Positions 1-10,376 of a stretch of DNA of 64,000 nt are shown in pieces. The position numbers and the translations under genes are program-made. This stretch comes from an uncultured delta proteobacterium (GTDB lineage Bacteria; Myxococcota_A; Polyangia; Polyangiales; Polyangiaceae), in contig CAWJCS010000006.1 in NCBI GenBank assembly GCA_963841435.1, positions 32,001 to 96,000 on the forward strand. The letters run 5' to 3'. Position 1 is the first letter of the stretch; each line of letters starts with the position of its first letter. Under the pieces are notes generated by a model. That model was not told the origin of the DNA, searched no databases, and saw nothing but the letters and a program-made list of their open reading frames with translations.

Positions 1-1
1 C

Positions 2-643
<642 letters not shown>

Positions 644-816
644 CAAGGGGCGCCGGCGGACGGCGCGTGCGGCGCCGCGCGGACCGGGTCGCGCGGCCCG
701 GCAGCACGGGCACGTGCCGGCGACGGGCGTTCGTCACGGGTCCCCCGACGCTCGAGTGGAACGGCGCCGCACGCTGCCGTCTCGACGGAGCGGGAAGTAG
801 CCCGCCTGCAAACAAC

Positions 817-914
817 ACCCTCCCGCCCGCCTCTTTGAAGAAAGGGTGACCGCAGGCAGGCAAGGCGCGGAAAGAACGAAAACCCTCCCGCCCGTCTCTT
901 TGCAGCAAGGGGAC
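817..914. repeat. Pair of imperfect ~33-bp direct repeats (REP-like, weak hairpin) between convergent genes
   Basis: ACCCTCCCGCCCGCCTCTTTGAAGAAAGGGTGAC (817-850) vs ACCCTCCCGCCCGTCTCTTTGCAGCAAGGGGAC (882-914). Confidence 0.5.
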
Positions 915-921
915 GAAATGC

Positions 922-2091
922 TTAAAAGCACCCGATCGTCGAAGTCGCGATCACCACGTCATCGATGTACGCCGTCCGCGCGTCGTCGGCCTGGTAGGAT
1001 TCCCAGCCGAGGTCGAGCTCGGAGAAGGTCGGCGCCGTCCAGGCGAAGTCGCTCGCTGCGTTGACGCAGCCTTCGCCCGTGCCGGTCATGGTCACATCGG
1101 GGACCGGGGTGCCGTCGAGGGAGAGGCGCATCGTAGCGTTCGGGCCGTCGAACTCCCATTCGACGCAGGTCCACTTGCCCGTCGGTAGCACGGTGCCCTG
1201 AGCGTGCTTCCAGCAGTCGCTGCCCGGCGTGCTCATGTTCGAGTACCAGTCGGGCGTTTCGTAGTTTGCCATGAGCTGGCTGCCGACGAAGGTTTGCCCC
1301 TGGGTGACCGGGTGCTGGCCGCCGTAGCGGTAGAGCGCGTGGTAGGTGTCGTTCGGCACGACGCCGCCGCCCGCGATGATGGTCCAGTGCACCGACTGGG
1401 TCGGCGCGGACTCGAGGAAGTACATCATGCGGCCGAACAGGTGATTTCCGGGCACGGGGAAGATCGATGCGTCGGTGATGCGCAAAAGTGCCGTCCGGCT
1501 CGTGCTCGAGCCGCTCACGGTGAATTTCACGGCCTGGCTGCCCGAGACTTTTTCGGTGGTGTCGATGGCGACCGTGCCCGAGCTCTGCTTCGCGGTCCAT
1601 TTGCCGTTCGGCGCTTGCCCCGCCGTGTAGCTCTCGAAGTCGTCGCAGAAGAGCGCCGTCGCGCAGGGGTCGCCGCTCGTGCCGGCGCTGCCGCTCGCGC
1701 CGGACGCACCGCTCGTGCCGGACGCGCCGCCTGCTGCCGAGCCCGCGTCGCCGCTCGCGCCGCCGGCACCGCTTCCGCTCGTGCCACCGTCGCCGGCGCC
1801 GGCCGCTCCGGCACCCGCCCCGCCGCCCCCCGTGCCCGACCCCGCCGTGCCCGCCGTGCCCGCCGTGCCCGCCGTGCCCGCCGTGCCCGAGCCGCCGCCG
1901 ACGGTGCCGCCCGAGCCCCCGCTCCCCGAGGCGCCGCCCGTCGCGTCGGTGCCCGAGCTGCCGCCCGTCGCACCCGACCCCGCCGCGCCGGTTCCGCCCG
2001 TCGCGGGGGCGCCGTCGTCGCCCGTGGAGCCTCCCGTGCAACCCGGAAAGAAGAGCAAGCTGAGCGGCAACGCCGCGTGCTGTAAGCGCAT
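922..2091 (-). CDS. Lipoprotein with Gly/Ser/Ala/Thr linker and C-terminal Cip1-like (cellulose-induced protein 1 / polysaccharide-lyase-like) domain
   Basis: Signal peptide ending LFFPGC; long GAG/GTA linker; domain starts LFCDDFE and ends LGWESY...YIDDVVIATSTIGC, resembling the Cip1 core. Start reassigned to ATG 2091. Confidence 0.65.
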   Translation of the reverse strand: MRLQHAALPLSLLFFPGCTGGSTGDDGAPATGGTGAAGSGATGGSSGTDATGGASGSGGSGGTVGGGSGTAGTAGTAGTAGTAGSGTGGGGAGAGAAGAGDGGTSGSGAGGASGDAGSAAGGASGTSGASGASGSAGTSGDPCATALFCDDFESYTAGQAPNGKWTAKQSSGTVAIDTTEKVSGSQAVKFTVSGSSTSRTALLRITDASIFPVPGNHLFGRMMYFLESAPTQSVHWTIIAGGGVVPNDTYHALYRYGGQHPVTQGQTFVGSQLMANYETPDWYSNMSTPGSDCWKHAQGTVLPTGKWTCVEWEFDGPNATMRLSLDGTPVPDVTMTGTGEGCVNAASDFAWTAPTFSELDLGWESYQADDARTAYIDDVVIATSTIGCF

Positions 2092-2153
2092 CACTTCAGT
2101 ATCGCGCGACCGGAGGGCCGCTGCCAGGCGACCGCCGTCCGGGCTTTTTGCGG

Positions 2154-3380
2154 TCAATGGCGTCGCTGGCGCCGGGCGTCGCGGCGGGCGTCGCGGTCGT
2201 CGTCCCACTCGCGTTCGCGTTCGCGTTCGTCGTCGAGCGCTTCGCCCTCGGTGTCGATCACGCGGTAGCGCTCGCGACGCCGGCGACGCCGCGCGCGCTG
2301 CTCGCCGCGCAGCGCGTCGCGTGCCTGGCGCAGGCCCCGATCGCCGTCCTGGCCGAGCTGCCTGAGTCGCTCTGCTGCGCGCCGCAGCCCCCCGCCGAAG
2401 AAAATCGACAGGAGGGTGAGCACCACCGGTAGGAACACGCGGAACAACAACGCGGTCGAGACACGCGCAATCGCCAGGCCGATGAGCACGAGCAGGAAGA
2501 TGCCCGGGGTCGGCGGGAACCAGTGCGGACGCTCGACCGCCGCATCGCGGCGCTCGTCGCGACGGTCGTCCGCGTGCGGGCGCGCTTTGGGTGGCTCGCG
2601 CCGCGGCCTGAGCTCGGCGAGCAGCGGGCGCACGCGCGCTGGGCGGCGGTCGGGATCCGGATCGAGCATGCGGCCGAGCACGCGCGCGAGCGCGCGGTCG
2701 TGCGGGAGCACGGCGCCCACGTCGATGGCAAGGCCCCGGTGCGGCAAATCCTCCGGCTCTTTGCCGCTGGCGAGCGCGAGCGCCGTCGCACCGAGCGCGT
2801 AGACGTCACTCTGGGGCAGAGCGCGGCCCTGGAACTGCTCGGGCGCCATGTAGCCGAAGGTGCCGACGACGGTGCTGCCGCCCTCGGGTTTCAGGCTGTC
2901 GCGCACCGAGCCGAAGTCGACGAGCGCAAACGAGCCGTCCGGGCGCCGGATCACGTTGCCGGGCTTCACGTCGCGGTGGATGACGGGCGGCGCGCGACCG
3001 TGCAGGTACTCGAAGAGCTCGCCCATCTCCTCGAGCAAGCGCGTGATCTCGCCGGGGCCGAGCGTGCCGCCCCGCTTGCGGATGCTCGCGAGCGACTCTC
3101 CCTCGACCTTCTCCATCACGAGAAAGAGCGCGCCGTTCTCCTCGAAGGCGTCGAGGTAGCGCGGCAGGTGCGAGTGCGACAGCTGGGACAGGACGCGCGT
3201 TTCTCGCTCGGCCAGCTCGACGTCCTTCCAGGATTTGGCGCCGCGCACCGAAAAGCGCTTGAGCGCGACGCGCTTTTCGTCGGTGGTGTCCTTCGCCTCG
3301 AACGTTTCGGCCTGCGAGCCGCCACCGAGGAGCCCCAAAAGCTCGTAGCGTCCCGACCCGAAGCGCTCCGGCTCGCTCAC
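2154..3380 (-). CDS. Ser/Thr protein kinase (Pkn2/Hanks type) with C-terminal membrane segments
   Basis: LGGGSQAETF, VALKRF, HRDVKPGN, DFG, GTFGYMAPE motifs; two hydrophobic helices near the C-terminus. GTG start at 3380 overlaps the upstream stop. Confidence 0.9.
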   Translation of the reverse strand: MSEPERFGSGRYELLGLLGGGSQAETFEAKDTTDEKRVALKRFSVRGAKSWKDVELAERETRVLSQLSHSHLPRYLDAFEENGALFLVMEKVEGESLASIRKRGGTLGPGEITRLLEEMGELFEYLHGRAPPVIHRDVKPGNVIRRPDGSFALVDFGSVRDSLKPEGGSTVVGTFGYMAPEQFQGRALPQSDVYALGATALALASGKEPEDLPHRGLAIDVGAVLPHDRALARVLGRMLDPDPDRRPARVRPLLAELRPRREPPKARPHADDRRDERRDAAVERPHWFPPTPGIFLLVLIGLAIARVSTALLFRVFLPVVLTLLSIFFGGGLRRAAERLRQLGQDGDRGLRQARDALRGEQRARRRRRRERYRVIDTEGEALDDEREREREWDDDRDARRDARRQRRH

Positions 3381-3802
3381 GATGCGACGGCCTCCGCCTC
3401 GCGCCGCCGGACGCCCCGCTCGATGAAGGCCGCGATGACCGGCACCGCGAGCGAGACGCCGATCGCCGCGAGCGTCACGCGTTCCATGCCGAGGAGGCGT
3501 CCGCTCGGTTCCGCCGTGAGCAGCGCCGAGGCGCCGAGCGCGCCCGCGGCCGACGACAGGTGCTGCACCGCGTTCTGCGCGGACATGAAGCGCGCCCGCG
3601 CGGGCGTGGACGGAACGCGGGTCGCGAGCGCGTTGAGTGGCACGCCGCGTAGCGTCGCCGAAAGCATCATCAGCGAAAAGACCCAGATTAGGTGGGAGCG
3701 GGCGACGGGATTCAAGAAGCCGAGGTAGAGCGCGAGGCAGAACGCGAGGATGTTCACGAACTGAACCGCCGCGACCAGGAGCACGATCGTGCGTTCGTTC
3801 AT
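3377..3802 (-). pseudogene. Internally deleted MFS transporter (141 aa)
   Basis: N-terminus ERTIVLLVAAVQFVNIL is a typical MFS start, joined directly to C-terminal MFS motifs (ALATRVP...RARFMSAQNAVQHLSSAAG). Far too short for 12 TM helices. Confidence 0.6.
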
Positions 3803-3865
3803 GCCGTTCGCGCCCCGGGGATAGCATCCGGCGCCCGCCGCGCTAAAAAGTGGGCGGAAGCAGGC

Positions 3866-5032
3866 TTACTTCAGTGCCTGCGCGACGGGCAGCGCGGCTT
3901 TTCGCACGCCGTCTGCCACGAAGCCGGCCATGAGCGCAGCGCCCGTCTTGCTGAAGTGCGTGCCGTCGATGCGCGTGCCGTCGTCGAAGAAGAACTCCGC
4001 CGACGCGAGGCAGCCGATCATGTTCAGGTAGTCGAGCGTTTTCTGGTTCAGGTCGATGACCGCCGTGCCCGTCTCGCTGGCGAGCTCCTTCATGGCGGTC
4101 GCCCAGCGCGCCGTGCCGTTGCCGAAATCATGGCTGTCGCCCGAGCAGGAGCGCCGCGGCGGCGGCGTGACGAAAACGGGCGTGGCCTCGTGCTCGCGCG
4201 CTCCGTCGACGTACACGCGAAGCCAGGTTTTGAAGTCGGTATCGGGGTCGAGATAGTAGGGGATGCTGTCGCCGTCGACGTTCGTGTACATCGCGGTCGA
4301 GTTGCTGTCGTTCGTGCCGAACTGGACGAACAGGTAGTCGCCAGGTTTTATCACCTGATAGATGCGATCGAGCGACTGCTCGTCCTCGGCGTCGATGAAG
4401 CGGCGCGCCGTGCGGCCGCCGCGCGAGCGGTTGTCCACCTTGACGCTCGAGTCGAAATGGTCGGCGAGGAACTGGCCCCAGCCACCCTGCGTCGTCGATG
4501 CGGCGTACGTCGAGGCCGTGGAGTCGCTGGCGATGTAGATCGTCGGCTGATCGGAGATCGGTGGTGCACCGGCGCTCCCAGCGCTTCCGGCGCCGCCGCC
4601 CGATTGGCCCGCCGAGCCGGAAGCACCGGCGGTGCCGCCCCCCGCCGCCCCCGCCGCCCCGCCTGCCGCGCCTGCCTGGGCAGTGCCGCCCCCGCCGCCC
4701 GACGCTGCACCCGCGCCGGCCGTCCCGGTGCCCGCGCTTCCTCCTGTGCCGGAGCCGCCCCCGAGCGCGCCGGCGTTGCCGACGCCCGAGGACCCTGCCG
4801 CGCCCCCGGGCGAGGCACCGGCGCTTCCGCTCGCGCCCGCTGCGTTGCTGCCCCCTGTGCCGCCAGCTCCCGCCGTGCCGCCGGCCGCGGCGCCGGCCGC
4901 GCCGCTCGCCCCGACGCCAGCCGTGGCACCCGTGCCGACGGTCTTCGGCAAGCCGCTCGGATCCTCCGCGCCGCACGCGAAGAGCACCGGAAGTGCGAGG
5001 AGCAGACGCGCGATCGCCGAGCGGGTCGTCAC
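3866..5032 (-). CDS. Lipoprotein, SGNH hydrolase of rhamnogalacturonan acetylesterase (CE12) type
   Basis: Lipobox LFAC, Gly-rich linker, IYIASDST, GWGQ, NRSRGGRT, VQFGTND, DGTHF. Confidence 0.85.
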   Translation of the reverse strand: MTTRSAIARLLLALPVLFACGAEDPSGLPKTVGTGATAGVGASGAAGAAAGGTAGAGGTGGSNAAGASGSAGASPGGAAGSSGVGNAGALGGGSGTGGSAGTGTAGAGAASGGGGGTAQAGAAGGAAGAAGGGTAGASGSAGQSGGGAGSAGSAGAPPISDQPTIYIASDSTASTYAASTTQGGWGQFLADHFDSSVKVDNRSRGGRTARRFIDAEDEQSLDRIYQVIKPGDYLFVQFGTNDSNSTAMYTNVDGDSIPYYLDPDTDFKTWLRVYVDGAREHEATPVFVTPPPRRSCSGDSHDFGNGTARWATAMKELASETGTAVIDLNQKTLDYLNMIGCLASAEFFFDDGTRIDGTHFSKTGAALMAGFVADGVRKAALPVAQALK

Positions 5033-5126
5033 GCAAGGTCCGTTGCCCTCGGGCGCAGAGACCAATCACCGGACGTATGCCAGAAGCAGGGTGACCGATC
5101 ACGGGCATGTCGAGCAACAGTCCCCT

Positions 5127-6376
5127 GTGCGCTCTTCGCTCGGATGGATCGCTCCCTGGTTGGCAATCGCCGTGGTCGCCGGCTGTGGCGGCGGCACCGA
5201 CGAGTCGCCTGCGGGGGCCGGGGCGGCCAGCACCAGCGGTGGCGCTCCTGCTGGCTCCGCCGGCGTCGCGACCTCCGGTGCCGCCGGGACGGTCGCCGGT
5301 TTCGGCGGTAGCTCGTCGGGGAACGGCGGCGCCCTCAGCGGCGGTGTCGGCGGACAGGCCGCGGCTTCCGGCGCCGGTGCGGGGCGACGGCGGGCGGCGC
5401 CGGCTTCGGGGGCGCCGGCTTCGGCGGCGCTGGCGGAATCTTCCCGGATGGCGGCTCGGCGGGCGAGGTCGCCGGGAGCGCAGGCGCTGGCGCGAGCGGC
5501 GCTTCGGGCGCAGGCGGTGTCGGCGGCGGCGGCGCCTCGGGCGGGAGTGGCGCCGGCGCGGGCGGCGCGGGGTCCGGCGGCGGTGCTGCAAGCGCGGGCA
5601 AGGGCGGCGGTGCGGGGCAGGGCGGCGGCGCCGGAGCCTCGACCGGTCCGATCACCGTTTGGATCGCCGGCGACTCGACGGTCGCCAACGGCAACACGCC
5701 GTGCCCCGTGGGCTGGGGGAAATCCTTCGACTCGCTCTTCGACGACCGCGTCACGGTGGTGAACAGCGCGGTCGGTGGCCGGAGCGTGCGCACCTGGCTC
5801 TACAACGTGGGCACGACGATGGACAGCACCGGCGAGTGCGTTCTCGCGAAGGACTCGCTGGGAAACCCCACGATCCAGAGCCGCTGGCAGGCCATGCTCG
5901 ACGGCATGAAAACGGGTGACTACCTGTTCATTCAGTTCGGCATCAACGACGGCGATTCCACGTGCGATCGCCACGTGGGCATCGAAGCGTTCAAGACCAC
6001 GTACGGCGTCATGGCGGCGGCGGCGAAGGAGCGCGGCACCGAGCCCGTGTTCATCACGCCCGTGAGCGCCATCGCTTGCAACGGCTCCACGGCCCGCGCG
6101 ACGCGCGGCAGCTACGTGACGGCGACCAACGACGCCGGGACGACCTACGACGTTCCCGTCATCGACCTTCACCAGCTCAGCATCGACCTTTACAACATGC
6201 GCGGCTTTTGCCCGATCCCGGGCGGTGACGTGAGCGCGAGCACGACCGGACCCGTCGGCGATTTTTTCTGCGACGACCACACGCACTTCTCGGCCTCGGG
6301 CGCGCCGGATATCGCCGCGCTCGTCGCGGGTGGGATCCGCACCGAGAGCCTCGGCCTCGCGGCGTATCTGAAGTAG
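5127..6376 (+). CDS. Second lipoprotein CE12-type SGNH acetylesterase, with a one-base frameshift at ~5382-5384
   Basis: Lipobox VVAGC in one frame. Adding one G to the G-run at 5381-5384 joins it to the linker and WIAGDST, GWG, NSAVGGRS, IQFGIND, DHTHF. Confidence 0.8.
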
Positions 6377-6410
6377 CCGGGTGGACCGCGGCGGCGCCGG
6401 GCGCTTTCGT

Positions 6411-9177
6411 TCAGCCGGTGTTGCGCATCGCCTGGGCGATGCCGTTCAGCGTCGTGCCGAGCGCCTGGTCGAGGAGCGGGCGCGTCGGATGCCCTTCGGG
6501 GAGCTTGCGCTTCTTTTCGAGCAAGCTGACCTGCAAGAGCGAGAGCGGATCGACGTAAGGGTTTCTGAGCTGAAGCGACCCCTGCAAGAAGCGATGATCC
6601 GCGATGAGCTCGCGCGAGCGAATGGCGTGGAGGGCGTTCACCGTGAGGTGGAAGTCTTCGAGGATGCGGGCGGCGAGGTCGGGATGCTCGCCGAGCCTGT
6701 CGAGGTAGAGGCGCGCGATGTCGAGATCCGCCTTCGCGAGCACCATTTCGAGCTTGTCGCAGAGGTCGACGAAGAACGGCCAGCGCGCCGACATCTCCTT
6801 CAGGACATCGAGGCCGCCCGGCGACTTCATGACGTCGTCGAACGCGGCGCCCGCGCCGAGCCACGCTGACGTCATGAGGCGGATCTGCGTCCAGCCGAAA
6901 TTCCAGGGGATCGCGCGGATGCCGCGGATCGTGCCCGCGCCGCGCTCGCGGTACGCGGGCCTGGAGCCGAAGTGGACGTGCGTGAGCTCACGCACGGGGG
7001 TCGAACGAAAGAAACAGCTCGAAGAGGTGCGGGTCCTCGTGCACGAGACGGCGGTAGGCGGCCTGCGAGACCTCCGCGAGCCGTTCCATCACCGAGCGGT
7101 AGCGATCCTCGCTGCCGGGCGGCAGGGTTTCGCGAAAATCCGTGACGGCCGCCATGATGGTGCCCGTCATCATCACCTCGAAGCTGCGCTCGGCGATGCC
7201 GGGGAGACCGAACTTCTGGGAGATGATTTCGCCCTGCTCGGTGATCTTGATGCGGCCGGTGACCGTGCGCGGGGGTAGCGCGGTGAGCGCGCGGTAGACG
7301 GGCGAGCCGCCGCCACGGCCGACCGTGCCGCCACGGCCGTGGAACAGCGTGAGCGCCACGGAGTGGTCGCGCGCGATCGCCGCCAGCGACTCCTGCGCGC
7401 GATAAAGCTCCCAGGAGGCCGCCATCACGCCTGCGTCCTTCGCGGAGTCGGAGTAGCCGAGCATGATTTCCTGGTGGCGGCCGCGCGCCGCGAGCTGGCG
7501 CCCGTACACCGGATCCTCGAACAGGCTCTTCACGATGCCCGGCGCGTTGACCAGGTCGTCGCGCGTCTCGAAAAGGGGCACGACGTCGAAATCGGAGCGC
7601 GGCGGATCGGACGCCAGGTCGACGAGCCCCGCCTCCCGCCCGAGCAAGAGCACGCGCAAAAGGTCCTCGGCGCTCCTCGTCATCGACACGATGTAGGTCG
7701 GCGCCGCGGCCTCGCCGGCTTCGCGCTGGATCGTGCGCATCGTGAACAAAACGTCGATCGCCTTCTGCGAGGCCTCGTCGAGACGGGCGTTGGGCGAGTA
7801 GAGCGGGCGGCGCCCGGCGAGCTCGTTGCGGATGGCGGCTCCGTCGAGCGGCGGCAGAGCGGCGTTCTTCGCAATCGCGTCGAGCGCGCGCGTGTGCACT
7901 TCCGAGTCCTCGCGCAGGTCGAGCGTGTAGCCGTGGAAGCCGAGCGCCTCGACCATCACGATGAGCGGTTCGATGAGCGCCTCGCGCGCGTGATCGGCGC
8001 CGCTCGCGATCATGGTGCTGCGGACGAGCCCGAGATCGCCGAGCAGCTCCGCGGGGCTCTGGTACGCGCCGGGCACGCGCTCGGGGCGACCGGCGTCGCG
8101 CGAGGCGATCTCGCTCCTCAGCGCCTCGAGCCGCCCCGCGATGAACGTCAGCTTGAGGCGCAGCGGCTCGTGGGCGTCGCGCCGTCGATTCGCTTCCCAG
8201 ATGTGCGGCAGGAGCTCCTTGTCGCTCTCGAGTGACGTGCGAAGCGCTTCGCTTTCGGGCGTGAGCCGGTCGGAAATGCTGAGCCGTTCGACCAGGTCTT
8301 CGACCTTCTTGCGGTAAACGGCCAAGAGCGCGTGGCTCGTCCGGCGCACCGTCGCGAGCGTGATCTCCGGTGTGACGTAGGGGTTGCCGTCGCGGTCGCC
8401 GCCCACCCAGCTGCCGAGCGTGACCTTGAGGCCCACGCCGAGGTCGCGTCCGAACACGTCGTGGAAGGCGCGCTCGGCGCGTGCCCGCACCGCGGCCGCC
8501 GCGCCCACGAGCCTATCCTCCAAATAGTAAATCGCCGAGCTCACCTCGTCGAGCACGCTCGGGCGATCGCGACGCACCTCGTCGGTGAGCCACAACAGCT
8601 CGATGTCCGTCTCGATGGCGGCTTCAATCTCTTTTCGTTCGCTCGCCGAGACGTGGCCGCGCAGGATGAGCGCTTCCGAAAGCCGCGACTGCAACGAGAG
8701 GAGCGTGCGGCGCGTCGCTTCGGTCGGGTGCGCCGTGAGGACGGGTCTCACCTCGAGCACCCGCAAGAGCTCGCGCAGATCGCCCGCGGACTTGCCGCGC
8801 TCGGCGAGTCGCTCGAACGCCCAGCGAAAGCTGCCGGGCTGCGCCGTTCGCTGGTCGGCGATCTCGTAGGCTTGCCGGCGACGCACGCGGTGCACTTGCT
8901 CGGCCGTGTTGATGAGGAAGAAGAAGAGCGTGAACGCGCGCGCGACAGGTGCGGCAATCTCGAGCGGCAGCGCGTCGATCTCGACGAGCATGGCGTCGAG
9001 CGTCGGCGCGTCAGGGAGGCCGCGACGCCGGTCTCGCGAGGCCGTTCGCAGGCGTTCTACGGCCTGGAACGTGGCCTCGCCCTGGAGGCGGCGCACGACC
9101 CCGCCGAGAACGCCGGCGAGGTAGCGCATGTCGTCGTGGAGCGCGCGATCTTCGGGACGGACTTCGATGCTCGGCAC
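6411..9177 (-). CDS. ppc: Phosphoenolpyruvate carboxylase, with a one-base frameshift at ~7004
   Basis: VLTAHPTE, GSWVGGDRDGNP, MLGYSDSAKDAG, FHGRGGTVGRGG, RAIPWNFGWTQIR, C-terminal MRNTG. Two overlapping ORFs join if one base is removed. Confidence 0.93.
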
Positions 9178-9311
9178 TCCAACGCTTGTCGCACGGCACG
9201 CGGACGAACGGAAGCGGGGGCGAGCGCGCACGCGCTGCAATCCACGCTTTTTCTCCGGACCAATCTTCGCTATAGCGAGGAAACAAAGGAGCGCGCCGCC
9301 GGGCAATCGAG

Positions 9312-10364
9312 ATGAGCGACGAGGACAAGACCAGCGCCGACCAGCCGGCAAGAGCACCGCTTCCTTCCGGTGCCGTCGCACCTCGGCCATCGTTCGCGCC
9401 CCCTCGTCCCTCCGGCTCCCCTGCACACCCGCAGGTGCCGCGCACCACGCTGCCGGGGATTTCCCCGATACCGCCGCCGGTTTCAGCCCCACCGCACGTG
9501 GGGCCCGCGCCGCATGCCCCACCCGCGCCGTTCGCGCCCGTCCCGGCCTATCCGTCGGCGGCAGCGCCGCCGGGCCCGCCCCCGCCGCCTTCGCGTGGCG
9601 CGCCGCCACCTGCTCCTTCGCGCAGCGGTGGCCCGCCTCCGCCCCCGGTCCGCTCGCGCCCCGCGAACGCCGCGCCCGAAGCGCCGGCGGCGCCGACGCC
9701 TCGCCTCCTGACGCCGTTGCCCGGCCACCGCCCGCCGCCGCCCAGCATGCGGCCCGATCGCCCGACCCCGCGTCCGTCGAACCTGCCGGGCTTGCCGCCG
9801 CCCATGGCCTCGAGCTCGTCCATGCCGCCCCGCACCGTGCCGTCGGTGAACGTTTCGGTCACGCCCGAGCAGCGCGCGCTGCAGCTCTCCAACCAGCTCG
9901 TGCAGTCGCGACAGGACCTCGCGAGCGCCCACGCCGATCTGCGCAACGCTCGGAGCGAGCGCGACAGCCTGCGAGCCGAGCTCGGCCGCGCCCGTGCTCG
10001 CATCGACGAGCTCGAGGCGGCCGCGCAGAAACCCCCGGAATTGCCGCCTATCCCCGCGATCGACCCCGATCTGGAGCTGAAGCTGCTGGGCCGCATCAAC
10101 GAGCTCGAGGCCGCCCTCGCCAAGGCACGCTCCCAGAGCGTGCCGCCGCCCCCTGCCGCGGGAGACGACCTCAAGGTGGTGCGCGGCATCGGGCCCAAGT
10201 TCGAGCGCATGCTCAAGGCCGAGGGCATCACGAGCGTGCGGCAGATCGCCGACTGGTCGGACGCCGATGTCGAGGCGGTTGCCGAGAAAATTGGCGTCAA
10301 GCTCGCGCGCATCCGGCGCGAGGACTGGATCGGCAGCGCCCGACGTGCCCTCGAGGGCGCGTAG
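9312..10364 (+). CDS. Pro-rich disordered protein with coiled coil and C-terminal helix-hairpin-helix domain (COG3743-like)
   Basis: ~170-aa Pro-rich N-terminus, heptad segment, DDLKVVRGIGPKFERMLKAEGITS..QIADW...EDWI. Confidence 0.75.
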   Translation: MSDEDKTSADQPARAPLPSGAVAPRPSFAPPRPSGSPAHPQVPRTTLPGISPIPPPVSAPPHVGPAPHAPPAPFAPVPAYPSAAAPPGPPPPPSRGAPPPAPSRSGGPPPPPVRSRPANAAPEAPAAPTPRLLTPLPGHRPPPPSMRPDRPTPRPSNLPGLPPPMASSSSMPPRTVPSVNVSVTPEQRALQLSNQLVQSRQDLASAHADLRNARSERDSLRAELGRARARIDELEAAAQKPPELPPIPAIDPDLELKLLGRINELEAALAKARSQSVPPPPAAGDDLKVVRGIGPKFERMLKAEGITSVRQIADWSDADVEAVAEKIGVKLARIRREDWIGSARRALEGA

Positions 10365-10376
10365 AGCCAAACCCCG

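Noticed and set aside
817-914. Mini-CRISPR (repeat-spacer-repeat)
   Set aside because: Only two imperfect copies, no leader and no cas genes.
1841-1890. Short tandem repeats in Gly-rich linkers as independent repeat elements
   Set aside because: They are in-frame coding repeats of low-complexity tethers (GTA, GGSSGS, GAGTAGSA).
6990-7010. Programmed ribosomal frameshift in ppc (and the other split genes)
   Set aside because: No slippery heptamer or consistent signal; the scatter across unrelated genes favours sequence error.
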